A DNA stretch of 37,846 nt from contig JBCCQQ010000061.1 in NCBI GenBank assembly GCA_039024555.1, positions 1 through 37,846 on the forward strand. The letters run 5' to 3'. Each line of letters begins with the position of its first letter. The stretch's first letter is position 1. Origin of the DNA: Cyanobacteria bacterium P01_D01_bin.156 (lineage in GTDB: Bacteria > Cyanobacteriota > Cyanobacteriia > Phormidesmidales > Phormidesmidaceae). The position numbers and the translations under genes were made by a program. The notes under the pieces were generated by a model. That model had not been told where the DNA came from, did no database searches, and saw nothing but the letters and a program-made list of their open reading frames with translations. This document shows, piece after piece, positions 20,543 to 30,200 of this stretch.

Positions 20543-20575
20543 AAAGTGCCGCACTCATCAGAATCAGTACGGCAC
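20543..20575 (-). terminator. Hairpin terminator downstream of rbp
   Basis: Minus strand GUGCCGUACU...AGUGCGGCAC followed by UUU, between convergent genes. Confidence 0.55.
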
Positions 20576-20618
20576 CTAACATTATTTATTTGCTCTAGTA
20601 ACCCAGCAGGATCCTCTT

Positions 20619-20882
20619 CTAGCTCCTCTTGGGTCTTTCCTCCTTAGGACGTGCCTTATTGACGCGGATTTCACGACCGACCCATTCAGCACCATCTAGT
20701 GCTTCAATGGCGGCATCCTCTTCAGATTCTGAAGACATCTCTACAAAAGCAAACCCTCGAGGGCGACTGCTTTCACGGTCCATAGGGACAGTTACTCGCT
20801 TAACGGTACCGTAGTCTCCAAATACCTCCTTTAGGTCATCTTCGGAAACGCTGTAGGCGATATTCCCTACATAAATGGACAT
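20619..20882 (-). CDS. rbp: RRM RNA-binding protein (Rbp family, no Gly-rich tail)
   Basis: RNP2 IYVGNI and RNP1 RGFAFVEM; GGAG RBS. Confidence 0.95.
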   Translation of the reverse strand: MSIYVGNIAYSVSEDDLKEVFGDYGTVKRVTVPMDRESSRPRGFAFVEMSSESEEDAAIEALDGAEWVGREIRVNKARPKEERPKRS

Positions 20883-21169
20883 GGACTTTCTCCAAACAAT
20901 TGAAAAGCTGACTAGAGCATCGGGAAAGTGACGATAGTCTAGAAACGTCTAGACACGCCTCTTTTGAAAATTGATTGCTCATCAAGGGCCACATTAACAT
21001 AGAATTTTGGGCTGTAATCGTTGTCTGGGCGACTTGTGAGGAAGGCTTGATATTCCCCATACAACTTTTGATATCTATGGACTAACGGCTACGGTATCTG
21101 TGCGGATAGCTGACAAAAACCTACTAAGTTATTGGTTTTCTTTGCATATAGCGTGAGATGCCTCAAAAG

Positions 21170-21361
21170 CTATGCCAAGATAACGCCTAAATCTCCACAG
21201 GGGTTGTCTTGCTTGAGGTCGAGTATCAGCAGAGCTTGATTTAGCTCACTATCACTCCAGTGGGGGTGCGAAGTTTTTAGTGTGCGTCGATTCAGTTGTT
21301 TAAGGGGCCGTTGCAGCCAGCCTTCTTGAGTATTTGTGGTGTGCAGATTTTTGTGAAGCAT
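21170..21361 (-). CDS. Small hypothetical protein (63 aa)
   Basis: Strong RBS AGGAGGT just upstream of the ATG and a TACGAT -10 at 21402-21397. Confidence 0.65.
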   Translation of the reverse strand: MLHKNLHTTNTQEGWLQRPLKQLNRRTLKTSHPHWSDSELNQALLILDLKQDNPCGDLGVILA

Positions 21362-21605
21362 AGTTAACCTCCTGAACTAAGGGGGTCGATATATTTATCG
21401 TAGCGATTACTTCAAAGGCTGATAGTACCTTACCGTACGGTTTACTGAAACTTTTTACGGTGAGTGTTATCTGCCCAGGAGCGCGGTCTCAACCCAAGAA
21501 TATCTAAGGCTTTTCCCTTTCTATATAGGAAAGTGATGCGCGGTGCTGCGGCATCATCAGCCTTTACGATATCAACCTAGATATAGCAAAAGGTAACAAT
21601 GAGCG

Positions 21606-21734
21606 ATGGCAGATTTCGATTTTATTCAAGCAGGCGATAGCTGGCAGAACTGGGTGTTTACTATTACCTATCTGAGTTTATTGCTGTTTGTAGTGTGGCG
21701 AGTGATTGTGTCATCAGCGCCACCGTCTGACTGA
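21606..21734 (+). CDS. 42-aa single-pass membrane microprotein (not in the ORF track)
   Basis: MADFDFIQAGDSWQNWVFTITYLSLLLFVVWRVIVSSAPPSD*; TACGAT -10 at 21565; ends 10 nt before the next ATG. Confidence 0.55.
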   Translation: MADFDFIQAGDSWQNWVFTITYLSLLLFVVWRVIVSSAPPSD

Positions 21735-21744
21735 TGGGAGGGAC

Positions 21745-24303
21745 ATGGTAAATACTTCTAAAGATATGGCCCAGGTGAAAAACCGGGTGATCTGGCTGCG
21801 ACAGAAGACCTGTCTAAATGTACTACCAGAGGATGTGCTGATTGCGATCGCAACATACCTCACACCCCTAACGTTTGCCGCCAACCGCCGTCTGATTTTA
21901 GAAGACACCCATCCCACAGAGTTGTACATTTTGTACTCTGGCCATTTGGAACGCTACCGCACCCAGCGTACATCCATGGCTCAAACAATAGATCTTTTGC
22001 CCGGTGTCGTACTGCATCTGAAAGAAATTCTCCTGGAGCAGGCAACTGACTATACCCTTGTCTCTTTAGACGATTGTGAGCTGTGGCGGTTGTCTGCTGA
22101 TCAGCTGCGACAAATCGCTTATGAATATCCCAGTCTGAATCAAGAGCTATCGGAGATCTTGGCAGAGGAAGTAGAGCAGCTTTCAGCCCAGCTGTTATAT
22201 GAGCAAGAGCGACAACAGGAACTCCGTCCCTACTTGGTTCCTAAAGTAAGCCGTGGTGTAGTTGGTTCAAGCCGCTATGCCCAACGGTTACGGCAGTCGG
22301 TACGGAAGGCTGCAAAAGTTATGCCTAATGATCAAGGCCAGCGCGATCCGGTGCTGATTTTTGGAGAACCAGGTCTAGAAAAAGATAATCTTGCCGCCTT
22401 GATTCATTTTGGATCGGCTTATAAAAAACAACCTATGATTAAGGTCAACTGTAAGACCTTGCGAGCAGTTGACCTATTTGGTCGAGGAGAGAGTCGTTCC
22501 GGGTTGTTGGATTGGCTAGATAAAGGAACGCTGCTACTGAATAACATTCAAGATTTATCATCTGATCTGCGGCCTGCGATTCTACAGCTGCTTTCCACTG
22601 GGACATATCAACCCATCCCTCAATCAGGGCATGCACCACCGCCTTTAAAAAATAGCTCTGCCTGGATCATGCTGATTTCAGAAAAGAGTATGAAACCTTT
22701 TGCTAATCTGGCTCCGCAGCAACTCAAAGTACCCCCTCTGCGGGTCCGCAAAGCCGACATCGAAGCTCAGGTTAATTACTATATTCAAATTTACTGTCGT
22801 CAGCGAGGCTTACAAAAGCCTCAACTCACACCGGAAGCGCTGCGGCATTTACAAAGTTATGATTTTCCAGATAATGTTCGCGAATTGGATAGTCTAGTGC
22901 AACGGGCCATTCAGCAGTCAAACTGTGGCCCCCGTCTCAACGAGGAAGTCTTTTGGTCTGCCAGTGAACAACAAGACCGCTTTCGCTGGAACCTGCTCAA
23001 TGCGTATCCAAAACTACGACAGTTTTTGCGTAGCCCCTGGTGGCCAGATCGAATTAACTTTGGCTTTACGAGCTGGTTTTATGTCTTAGTGGTTGCGCTG
23101 TTATTTCTAGGTCCTCAAACCCGTGATGCCAATATTGCTCTCAATTTCTTTTGGGCATGGTGGTGGCCGCTAATATTGCTGTTATTTCCTTTTGTAGGAC
23201 GACTGTGGTGTGCGGTATGTCCGTTTATGATCTACGGAGAGATTACCCAAAAACTCTCGGTGTGGCTATGGCCCCGTCAGCTAGGGGAGTGGCCTAGACA
23301 ATGGGCGGAACGGTGGGGCGGTTGGATTTTGTATGGTGGCTTTGCTGCTATTTTAATGTGGGAAGAACTCTGGAACCTTGAGAATACGGCTTATCTATCT
23401 GGCTGGCTGTTATTGATCATTACTGCTGGGGCGATGGTCTGTTCTGCCCTATTCGAGCGTAGGTTCTGGTGTCGTTATTTGTGTCCCATTGGCGGTATGA
23501 ATGGCCTTTTTGCCAAGCTATCGATGACAGAATTGCGAGGGCAGCGAGGGATTTGTTCGGCCACGTGCACCACTTACCAGTGCTATAAGGGTGGCCCAGA
23601 AAAGGGCGAGGGTCAGGAGACAGAGGGCTGTCCGGTCTATTCTCACCCAGCTCAGCTGGTGGACAATCGCAACTGTGTGCTGTGTATGACCTGTTTGAAG
23701 GCATGTCCCCATAGATCTGTGGAGTTTAATCTGCGGCCACCGGGGATAGAACTGTGGACTACCCATACGCCTGTAGGGCATGAGGTGGCGTTGTTGTTAT
23801 TGCTGTGGGGAGCAGTTTTTGTGCATCGACTTCCGGAGATAGTGGCGTTGCTGGGAGTATCGGAATTTGTAGAAGGTTTTGGAGGACATGCTGTTGCAAC
23901 CACGATCCTCCTCTTTTCTCCCTTGCCCCTAGCTTGGGTCGCCCACAAACTTACCCAACTGATTCAGCCTCGTCTAAAGGCCCGTCCGTTTATCCAGGTG
24001 GCCTATGGGTGGTTACCGATTGTGCTATTTAGTAGTTTGGCCCACTATCTATCCCTTGGTCTGACCGAAGCCGGACACATTATTCCGGTTACCCTAGCCA
24101 GCTTTGGGTTGGCAGCCACTGGTCCAGTGGTGGTTGCTCATCCGGCTGTGATTTCCTTTTTACAGGGGACTAGTCTGATTTTTGGAGCGTTGCTTAGCTT
24201 GCTGCTAACCCAGCGTATCGCTCGACAGCCTTGGTTAAAGCTTGCACCTTTACATGGTCTGACGTTGATGATGACAGCGATGTTGTATCGATTGCTGGTT
24301 TAG
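21745..24303 (+). CDS. cNMP-binding + degenerate sigma54-activator-like AAA domain + membrane 4Fe-4S (NapH/YccM-like) protein
   Basis: N-terminal cNMP fold; VLIFGEPGLEKD (altered Walker A), PPLRVRKADI and FPDNVREL; TM helices with CAVCP, CRYLCP and CVLCMTCLKACP. ATG 21745 has a GGGAGG RBS. Confidence 0.85.
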   Translation: MVNTSKDMAQVKNRVIWLRQKTCLNVLPEDVLIAIATYLTPLTFAANRRLILEDTHPTELYILYSGHLERYRTQRTSMAQTIDLLPGVVLHLKEILLEQATDYTLVSLDDCELWRLSADQLRQIAYEYPSLNQELSEILAEEVEQLSAQLLYEQERQQELRPYLVPKVSRGVVGSSRYAQRLRQSVRKAAKVMPNDQGQRDPVLIFGEPGLEKDNLAALIHFGSAYKKQPMIKVNCKTLRAVDLFGRGESRSGLLDWLDKGTLLLNNIQDLSSDLRPAILQLLSTGTYQPIPQSGHAPPPLKNSSAWIMLISEKSMKPFANLAPQQLKVPPLRVRKADIEAQVNYYIQIYCRQRGLQKPQLTPEALRHLQSYDFPDNVRELDSLVQRAIQQSNCGPRLNEEVFWSASEQQDRFRWNLLNAYPKLRQFLRSPWWPDRINFGFTSWFYVLVVALLFLGPQTRDANIALNFFWAWWWPLILLLFPFVGRLWCAVCPFMIYGEITQKLSVWLWPRQLGEWPRQWAERWGGWILYGGFAAILMWEELWNLENTAYLSGWLLLIITAGAMVCSALFERRFWCRYLCPIGGMNGLFAKLSMTELRGQRGICSATCTTYQCYKGGPEKGEGQETEGCPVYSHPAQLVDNRNCVLCMTCLKACPHRSVEFNLRPPGIELWTTHTPVGHEVALLLLLWGAVFVHRLPEIVALLGVSEFVEGFGGHAVATTILLFSPLPLAWVAHKLTQLIQPRLKARPFIQVAYGWLPIVLFSSLAHYLSLGLTEAGHIIPVTLASFGLAATGPVVVAHPAVISFLQGTSLIFGALLSLLLTQRIARQPWLKLAPLHGLTLMMTAMLYRLLV

Positions 24304-24358
24304 CTAAGTCGGCCATCTCAGCTAGGATATAGGTTACGGCCCTTACCTGGTTGAGCTT

Positions 24359-24748
24359 ATGGGATTCCCCACACAACTGCTCGATGCGCGATTAGCTAGA
24401 GAGAAAACCCAAAGTGAAGCGGATCGATTGCGACTTCTGGCATCGGCGACAGAGTGGTTAAGTGCTAATGCCCAGACCTATGGCATCACCCATGGTTATA
24501 TTTTTGGTTCGGTTACTGTACCGGGGCGTTTTACCCAAGCCTCGGATATTGATATTGCTGTAGACACCTGGGATATAGGAAATATCTGTGGTTTGATGGG
24601 CTATTTATCGTTACATCTAAATCGTGATGTGGATGTAGTACCTTTAGACCAATGTCATTTTGCTGATAAAATTCGCAGCTTGGGAATGCCATGGAGCATG
24701 AACGACTCGCCGGACTCCCTGAAGAAGTCCAAAAATAGCGGTGATTGA
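24359..24748 (+). CDS. Minimal nucleotidyltransferase (MNT/MntA-like antitoxin)
   Basis: YIFGSV...SDIDIAVD (GS + DxD) and RDVDVV motifs. Confidence 0.88.
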   Translation: MGFPTQLLDARLAREKTQSEADRLRLLASATEWLSANAQTYGITHGYIFGSVTVPGRFTQASDIDIAVDTWDIGNICGLMGYLSLHLNRDVDVVPLDQCHFADKIRSLGMPWSMNDSPDSLKKSKNSGD

Positions 24749-24800
24749 TGTATGAAGTGAGTGCACGCTTACAGCTAAGAGTTAGGAAGGTGTTGATATT
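24691..24800 (+). pseudogene. Decayed N-terminus of the HEPN-type partner toxin
   Basis: An ATG overlapping the MNT 3' end reads MEHERLAGLPEEVQK*R*LMYEVSARLQLRVRK, the position and helical pattern expected for a HEPN partner, with two stops and no continuation. Confidence 0.5.
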
Positions 24801-25026
24801 GTGCTCAAACTAATGAGCCCGATGCATTAAGACATCAAAAATTTTCTAAATTTCTTGAATACTTTGAGTTATTAGGTAATCTAGTTGCAGTCACTTCAAA
24901 TGTAATAGAAGTTCGTTATGTTATTTCCGGTAATTAAGGTCTAAAGCTACAAATGTAGTATAAGCTTCACTTAAATTTACTGGTTTGTAGTGCATTTAAG
25001 GTCTTTTGTTCCTGATTTAGATGTAA

Positions 25027-26739
25027 ATGGATAAGATAACTGATTCACTTTTGGCGACGTTCTCAACAGAACATGAATTACAGATGTTGCCAGAAAATAC
25101 TAGGTTTGAGCATTTTGCCAACTATTCAATTATTTCTAAGCTCAACCGGTCAACCTTCGACATACAAGATGTGCATACAGGTGCTGGTGGTGATTGTGCT
25201 ATGGATGGTATCTGCTTGATAGCTAATGGCAATATTATTACTGATATAGATGAACTCCAAGAAATAGTTAAGGGACCGGGCTATCTTGATGCTGATATTA
25301 TTTTCATTCAATCTAAAACAACTTCATCCTTTAATGGCTCTGATATTGGCTCCTTTATACATGGTGTTAAGGATTTCCTATCAGATGAGCCAAGACTAGT
25401 TCAAAACGAAAAAGTTCAACAAGCCAAAGTGCTTTGGGACTCTATCATTTCTATGTCAGCTGACATGGTGAATCGACGTCCGCATTGCAGACTATTTTAT
25501 GTTTGTACAGGGAAGTGGGTTGGGGATAAAAATTTACAAGCGATCATTGATAGTGGGACTCAAGAAATAGATGCTTTGGGATTATTTGATTTTGTCAAAA
25601 TAACACCCAATGGCTCTAGTGAAATTCAAAGGCTCTATCGTGAAACAAGGAATAAGCTCTCATCTACTGTGTTTTTTCAGAGTCGAATTACTATGCCAGA
25701 TATTGAAGGAGTACAAGAAGCCTATCTCGGCCTTATGCCTTTCAATGAATTTATTAAGCTTATCCAAGATGAAAACCAAACAATTCACAACATCTTCGAG
25801 GATAATGTTCGCGATTTTCAGGGAAATAATGCAGTCAATGAAAAAATCAAAGAGACTTTAGAATCAAAGAAGTTTCATCTTTTTTGTCTTTTGAATAACG
25901 GTGTAACTGTTGTTGCATCTTCTTTGACTCCAACTGGCAATCGTCTCACACTGAGAGATTATCAAATAGTAAATGGTTGTCAAACGAGTAATGTTTTACA
26001 CAAATGTCAAAATATTGATGGTATTGCAGATGTGAATATTCCTGTCAAGATTATTGTTACAGATAGTGATGATATAAAAACAGAAATCACACTTGCAACA
26101 AATAGTCAGACAGAAGTAAAGACTGAACAACTTGAAGCGTTAAGCGCATTTCAAAAGAAGCTTGAGCTTTACTATAATGCGGAGAGTGAGATTGTTAGGT
26201 TGTATTATGAGAGAAGGTCTCAGCAATATAATTCTCTCGATATCAAGCGGACGCAAATCATAACTATACCTATGCAAATTAAGGCATTTGCATCTGTTTT
26301 TTTGACTTCTCCTCACCTTGTGTCAGGATATTATGGGACTATAGTTCAAAGGTTTAAGGATCAAATTTTTGCTGATGACCATAAGCTTCTACCATATTTT
26401 GTTAGCTCTCTATGCTATTTTCGGATTGAACAATTCTTTAGAGGCGGTGATTTATCAACAGATTATAAAAAAACAAGATTTCAGTTGATGATGCTTGTCA
26501 AAATGATTTCAATGGGATGTCAGCATAGCCCATTGAATAGTAATCGTATTGAAAGGGAATGCGAACAACTAAAAACCGAACTACTTGACGAAGATCGAGC
26601 TATTGAACTTTTTAAGGTGGCTGCACGAATTTTTCGCACGTCAGGTATTGATCTATCTAAGAGGCAATATAAGTCTGAGTCAGACACTGACTTGTTGAGA
26701 CGGGCAGCCGAAGCTTATATCAATGCAAATGAAGGCTAG
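25027..26739 (+). CDS. AIPR (abortive infection phage resistance) family protein
   Basis: IFEDNVRDFQG, NNGVTVVA, IVNGCQT and ATNSQT motifs; N-terminal D...IFIQSK nuclease-like motif; visibly AT-rich relative to flanking genes. Confidence 0.9.
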   Translation: MDKITDSLLATFSTEHELQMLPENTRFEHFANYSIISKLNRSTFDIQDVHTGAGGDCAMDGICLIANGNIITDIDELQEIVKGPGYLDADIIFIQSKTTSSFNGSDIGSFIHGVKDFLSDEPRLVQNEKVQQAKVLWDSIISMSADMVNRRPHCRLFYVCTGKWVGDKNLQAIIDSGTQEIDALGLFDFVKITPNGSSEIQRLYRETRNKLSSTVFFQSRITMPDIEGVQEAYLGLMPFNEFIKLIQDENQTIHNIFEDNVRDFQGNNAVNEKIKETLESKKFHLFCLLNNGVTVVASSLTPTGNRLTLRDYQIVNGCQTSNVLHKCQNIDGIADVNIPVKIIVTDSDDIKTEITLATNSQTEVKTEQLEALSAFQKKLELYYNAESEIVRLYYERRSQQYNSLDIKRTQIITIPMQIKAFASVFLTSPHLVSGYYGTIVQRFKDQIFADDHKLLPYFVSSLCYFRIEQFFRGGDLSTDYKKTRFQLMMLVKMISMGCQHSPLNSNRIERECEQLKTELLDEDRAIELFKVAARIFRTSGIDLSKRQYKSESDTDLLRRAAEAYINANEG

Positions 26740-26815
26740 GTTAAAGAACGCTCTTCTTATTGAGGATTTGGGCAATTTAGCTATCTGAGATGTACTCTAA
26801 ATACCTTTGCTCTTG

Positions 26816-27502
26816 TTATTGCTTTGATAAACGACCGTCTTCCATGTAGATAATGCGGTCGGCGATATCTAAAATTCTGTTGTCGTGGGTGACAAGCAGA
26901 ATTGTACAACCTTGTTCTTTTGCCAATTTGTACATAATACCCACGACATCACGCCCAGACTTTTTATCGAGGGCGGCAGTGGGTTCATCTGCTAAGACAA
27001 TTTTAGGATGACTAACCAGGGCACGGGCAATGGCAACTCTTTGTTTTTGGCCCCCGGATAGATCAGCTGGGTAATAGTTGATTCTCTCTCCCAGACCAAC
27101 CTGTTCCAACATATCTGTGGCTCGGCGATGACGTTCTGGCTTGTCAAATAAACCCTGAACTTCTAGGCCCATTTGTACATTTTCTAAAGCTGTCAGACTA
27201 CCGTGTAAATTATGGGCCTGAAAAATATAACCATTATTACGTCGCGCTTTTACCAGAGCCTTCTCATTAGCTTGGCATAGCTCATGGCCTACCACATTCA
27301 AACTACCCGACTGGGCTGATCGTAAGCCGCCAATTAGTGTTAACAGAGTGGTTTTGCCTGATCCAGACGGGCCGGTCATAATTACGATTTCACCCGCTGC
27401 AATTTCTAGATTGATATCAAATAGAGCTTGCTTGCGCAGTTTGCCAGACCCAAAATAATGGTCCACTTTATGGACAGAAATGGCGGGTGCAGTTGTTGTC
27501 AT
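26816..27502 (-). CDS. devA: DevA-family ABC exporter ATPase
   Basis: GPSGSGKTT, LSGGQKQR, LADEPT and VTHD motifs. Confidence 0.93.
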   Translation of the reverse strand: MTTTAPAISVHKVDHYFGSGKLRKQALFDINLEIAAGEIVIMTGPSGSGKTTLLTLIGGLRSAQSGSLNVVGHELCQANEKALVKARRNNGYIFQAHNLHGSLTALENVQMGLEVQGLFDKPERHRRATDMLEQVGLGERINYYPADLSGGQKQRVAIARALVSHPKIVLADEPTAALDKKSGRDVVGIMYKLAKEQGCTILLVTHDNRILDIADRIIYMEDGRLSKQ

Positions 27503-27571
27503 CAGTTACTAATCTCCATAACTATTAGGGGTTTAGTCGCTTCTATGAGCTTTAAGTTGTTTGGTAACCCA

Positions 27572-28753
27572 TTAAAAAATATCTGCGGGATCTGCTGCCT
27601 GTAGCCTTCGAGTGGCAATAGCGCCAGAGGCATTACACATCAGCAGCGTGAGCAAAAACACCACAAATGTTCGACTGACTGGCATAGCAATGGGTAATGC
27701 CGTTGCTGCCGCTGTTAACTGGTAAGCGCCTAATGAGATGAGTAACCCAGGAAAAAAGCCAAGGAATGACAAAATCAGTGCTTCTTCAAACACTACACCT
27801 AATAAATAACTATTGTTGTAGCCCATGGCTTTAAACGTAGCGTACTCGGCTAAATGGCTATTGACGTCTGTAGAAAGCACCTGATAGACAATCACTATTC
27901 CAACAACAAATCCCATCGCAGCCCCGATGCCAAAGACGAAACCAATGGGAGAGCTTGATTGAATTTCGTTGAGCTCAAAATCTACATATCCTTGATGGGT
28001 AAAAACCATCACATCATCGGGTAAGCGAGCGTCCAGTTGTTCTTTGATACTCTCAGGCTCATACCCTGGCTCTACGTTAATTAAACCCAGTGTTACCGCA
28101 CCTGGCTGACGCTTGGGAAATAGCCGCAAAAAGTTCTGATCGCTAGTGATTAGGGCACCATCATCTGCAAACGAGGCGCCAACTGTGAATAGCCCTGAAA
28201 CCTTAACAGTATTGACTCCGATCTCGGTAGTAGCAAGCTGTCCGGCATTTACCTTGGCAATCATCTCTTGGTAATCACCCCGTGATGCCTGGTCAAATAA
28301 TACGTGGTATGGCAGCTGGGTTTTAGCTAAATTGGCATTCACTTCAGGTAGATCAAATGCAGGTCGCTTAGGATTCTGACCCACAATCATCATGGATGTT
28401 TTTTTGCGAGTTTGTGGGTTGCGCCATTGAGCAGAATTGACATAAAGGGGATCGGCTGTGCTTACTCCTTCAATATCCTGAGCTTGATAAAGGCGTCGTC
28501 TAGAAAATGTGCCTAACTGGGCAAAGTTTTTAGCCTGGGTGCTGATAATGACTAGATCGGCCTGCAGTGCCCGTGGATACTGGGTATTTGTTTTATAAAG
28601 GGCATCTGAAAAGCCCAACTGCATAAACATCAGCACATCGGCAAAAGTGATACCTGCGATCGCAGTTAAAAGCCGCGTGCGATCATGCTTAAGCTGCAGT
28701 AACCCTAATGGTGTTCTGTCTTGGATGGATTTAATCTTTTTGAAGAGATTCAT
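27572..28753 (-). CDS. devC: DevC-family ABC exporter permease
   Basis: AGITFADVLMFMQLGF, EYATFKAMGY and the ADPADIF C-terminus. Confidence 0.93.
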   Translation of the reverse strand: MNLFKKIKSIQDRTPLGLLQLKHDRTRLLTAIAGITFADVLMFMQLGFSDALYKTNTQYPRALQADLVIISTQAKNFAQLGTFSRRRLYQAQDIEGVSTADPLYVNSAQWRNPQTRKKTSMMIVGQNPKRPAFDLPEVNANLAKTQLPYHVLFDQASRGDYQEMIAKVNAGQLATTEIGVNTVKVSGLFTVGASFADDGALITSDQNFLRLFPKRQPGAVTLGLINVEPGYEPESIKEQLDARLPDDVMVFTHQGYVDFELNEIQSSSPIGFVFGIGAAMGFVVGIVIVYQVLSTDVNSHLAEYATFKAMGYNNSYLLGVVFEEALILSFLGFFPGLLISLGAYQLTAAATALPIAMPVSRTFVVFLLTLLMCNASGAIATRRLQAADPADIF

Positions 28754-28989
28754 GGGAGGCTAACCTCGTATGCAAATAAATAGAGATTTGAGTAAGCAGC
28801 ACTGTACGTAAAAACTATTGCCTGGATCAGATTTATGTATTGTGGTTGCCCTTGCCACAGAAGACTGTGAAGGACAGGTTGTCGATAGTGATGCTGACTG
28901 AAGAGGATCTAGTCGCTTCAAACCATTTCCCTTAAGAAGAAGACGATACGGATGTTATTGCCAGTTATTCAACAATTTATGACCACGTG

Positions 28990-30171
28990 TTATTCGACAT
29001 TAATGGTTGCTGTCACCTGTAAGTTTGTGAGTCCTGCAACAGTTTTGCTATCATCTTCATCCAACTGAATATGCACCTCGACGACTTTGGCATCAATGTT
29101 GGCTGCTGGGTCTTCATTAATCACTTCTTGTTGTTCTACCTGTAAGCCAATACGTTGCACAGTACCTAGCAGCACGTCATCAATGACAGATGTTGTTACC
29201 TCGACTGATTGTCCGGGTTGCACTTTAGAAATGTCATCTTGGTAGACATCGGCCACTACGACCATCTGTTGCGTTTGCCCCAGGGTAGCGATGCCATCGC
29301 TACCAATGGTTTCTCCAGCGCGGGTATGAATTTTGAGCACCTGCCCATCGCTGGGGGAACGCACATAGGACTGGTCAAGATTGGCCTGTGCCTCGGTGAC
29401 ACTTGCGATCGCAGACTGCACCTCTGCCTCTGCGGTGCTGACATCGACTGGGCGGACCTCAGCAATGCGGTCAAGGGTGGCACGGGCCTGGGTGATTTGT
29501 TCCTGTCCGGCGGCTTCTATGCGGTTGAGAGAAGCATTGGCTTCCTGGAGCTGTCGTTGGGCTGTGGTGTAGGTTAACTGTCGGGTATCCCGCTCAGACG
29601 CTGATACTGCCCCCTGCTGATAGAGAGATTCATAGCGTTGTGCTTCGAGCTGAGCATTCTGCACTTCTGCTTCTAGACGGGCAATGGTTGCCCTTTGGGT
29701 GCTGATATTACCGGCTTGGTCTGCTCTAAGACGCGCAATTTCGGCTTCTTGGGCCTGAATTTCGCCTGTTTGTGCTCCAGCTTTTATTTGGGCGAGCTGG
29801 GCACGGGCAATGGTCACTTGCTGTTCTGCTTTTTCCAGCGCAGCCTGCATTAGATCTCGGTTATCTAAAACGGCAATGATTTGCCCTTGTTCGACTCTGT
29901 CACCCTCTGCAACCAACAGTTCCTGAATCCGACTTTCTTGGGTAGAGGTGGGCGCCGTGAGCTGAATTATTTCACCGAGCGGCTCCAAACTGCCCAGTGC
30001 GGTCACGGTGGTGATGTCAGGTAGTACATCGATTGGCTTATCTTGGCTCTCTGGATCTGAATTCGTACGCCAGGTCACTAAACCAATTATGCCTAAGGAA
30101 ATGATGGCTAGCATCAGCCACCAGCCTGGTTTGCGGGACTCTGCTTGATGACTTAATACATTTAGATTCAT
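28990..30171 (-). CDS. devB: DevB-family membrane fusion protein
   Basis: VTALGSLEP, LVAEGDRVEQGQIIAVLD, a coiled coil and DAKVVEV...LTNLQV. Confidence 0.92.
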   Translation of the reverse strand: MNLNVLSHQAESRKPGWWLMLAIISLGIIGLVTWRTNSDPESQDKPIDVLPDITTVTALGSLEPLGEIIQLTAPTSTQESRIQELLVAEGDRVEQGQIIAVLDNRDLMQAALEKAEQQVTIARAQLAQIKAGAQTGEIQAQEAEIARLRADQAGNISTQRATIARLEAEVQNAQLEAQRYESLYQQGAVSASERDTRQLTYTTAQRQLQEANASLNRIEAAGQEQITQARATLDRIAEVRPVDVSTAEAEVQSAIASVTEAQANLDQSYVRSPSDGQVLKIHTRAGETIGSDGIATLGQTQQMVVVADVYQDDISKVQPGQSVEVTTSVIDDVLLGTVQRIGLQVEQQEVINEDPAANIDAKVVEVHIQLDEDDSKTVAGLTNLQVTATINVE

Positions 30172-30200
30172 AGAGCTTTTTAGAAACTCGGCATATTTTT

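Noticed and set aside
21745..24303. Calling this a sigma54-dependent transcriptional activator
   Set aside because: It has no GAFTGA loop, degenerate Walker motifs and no HTH, and cyanobacteria lack sigma54.
28754..28989. 236-bp gap between devB and devC as a hidden small gene or repeat
   Set aside because: The frames I translated gave no convincing ORF with start and RBS, and I saw no clear repeat.
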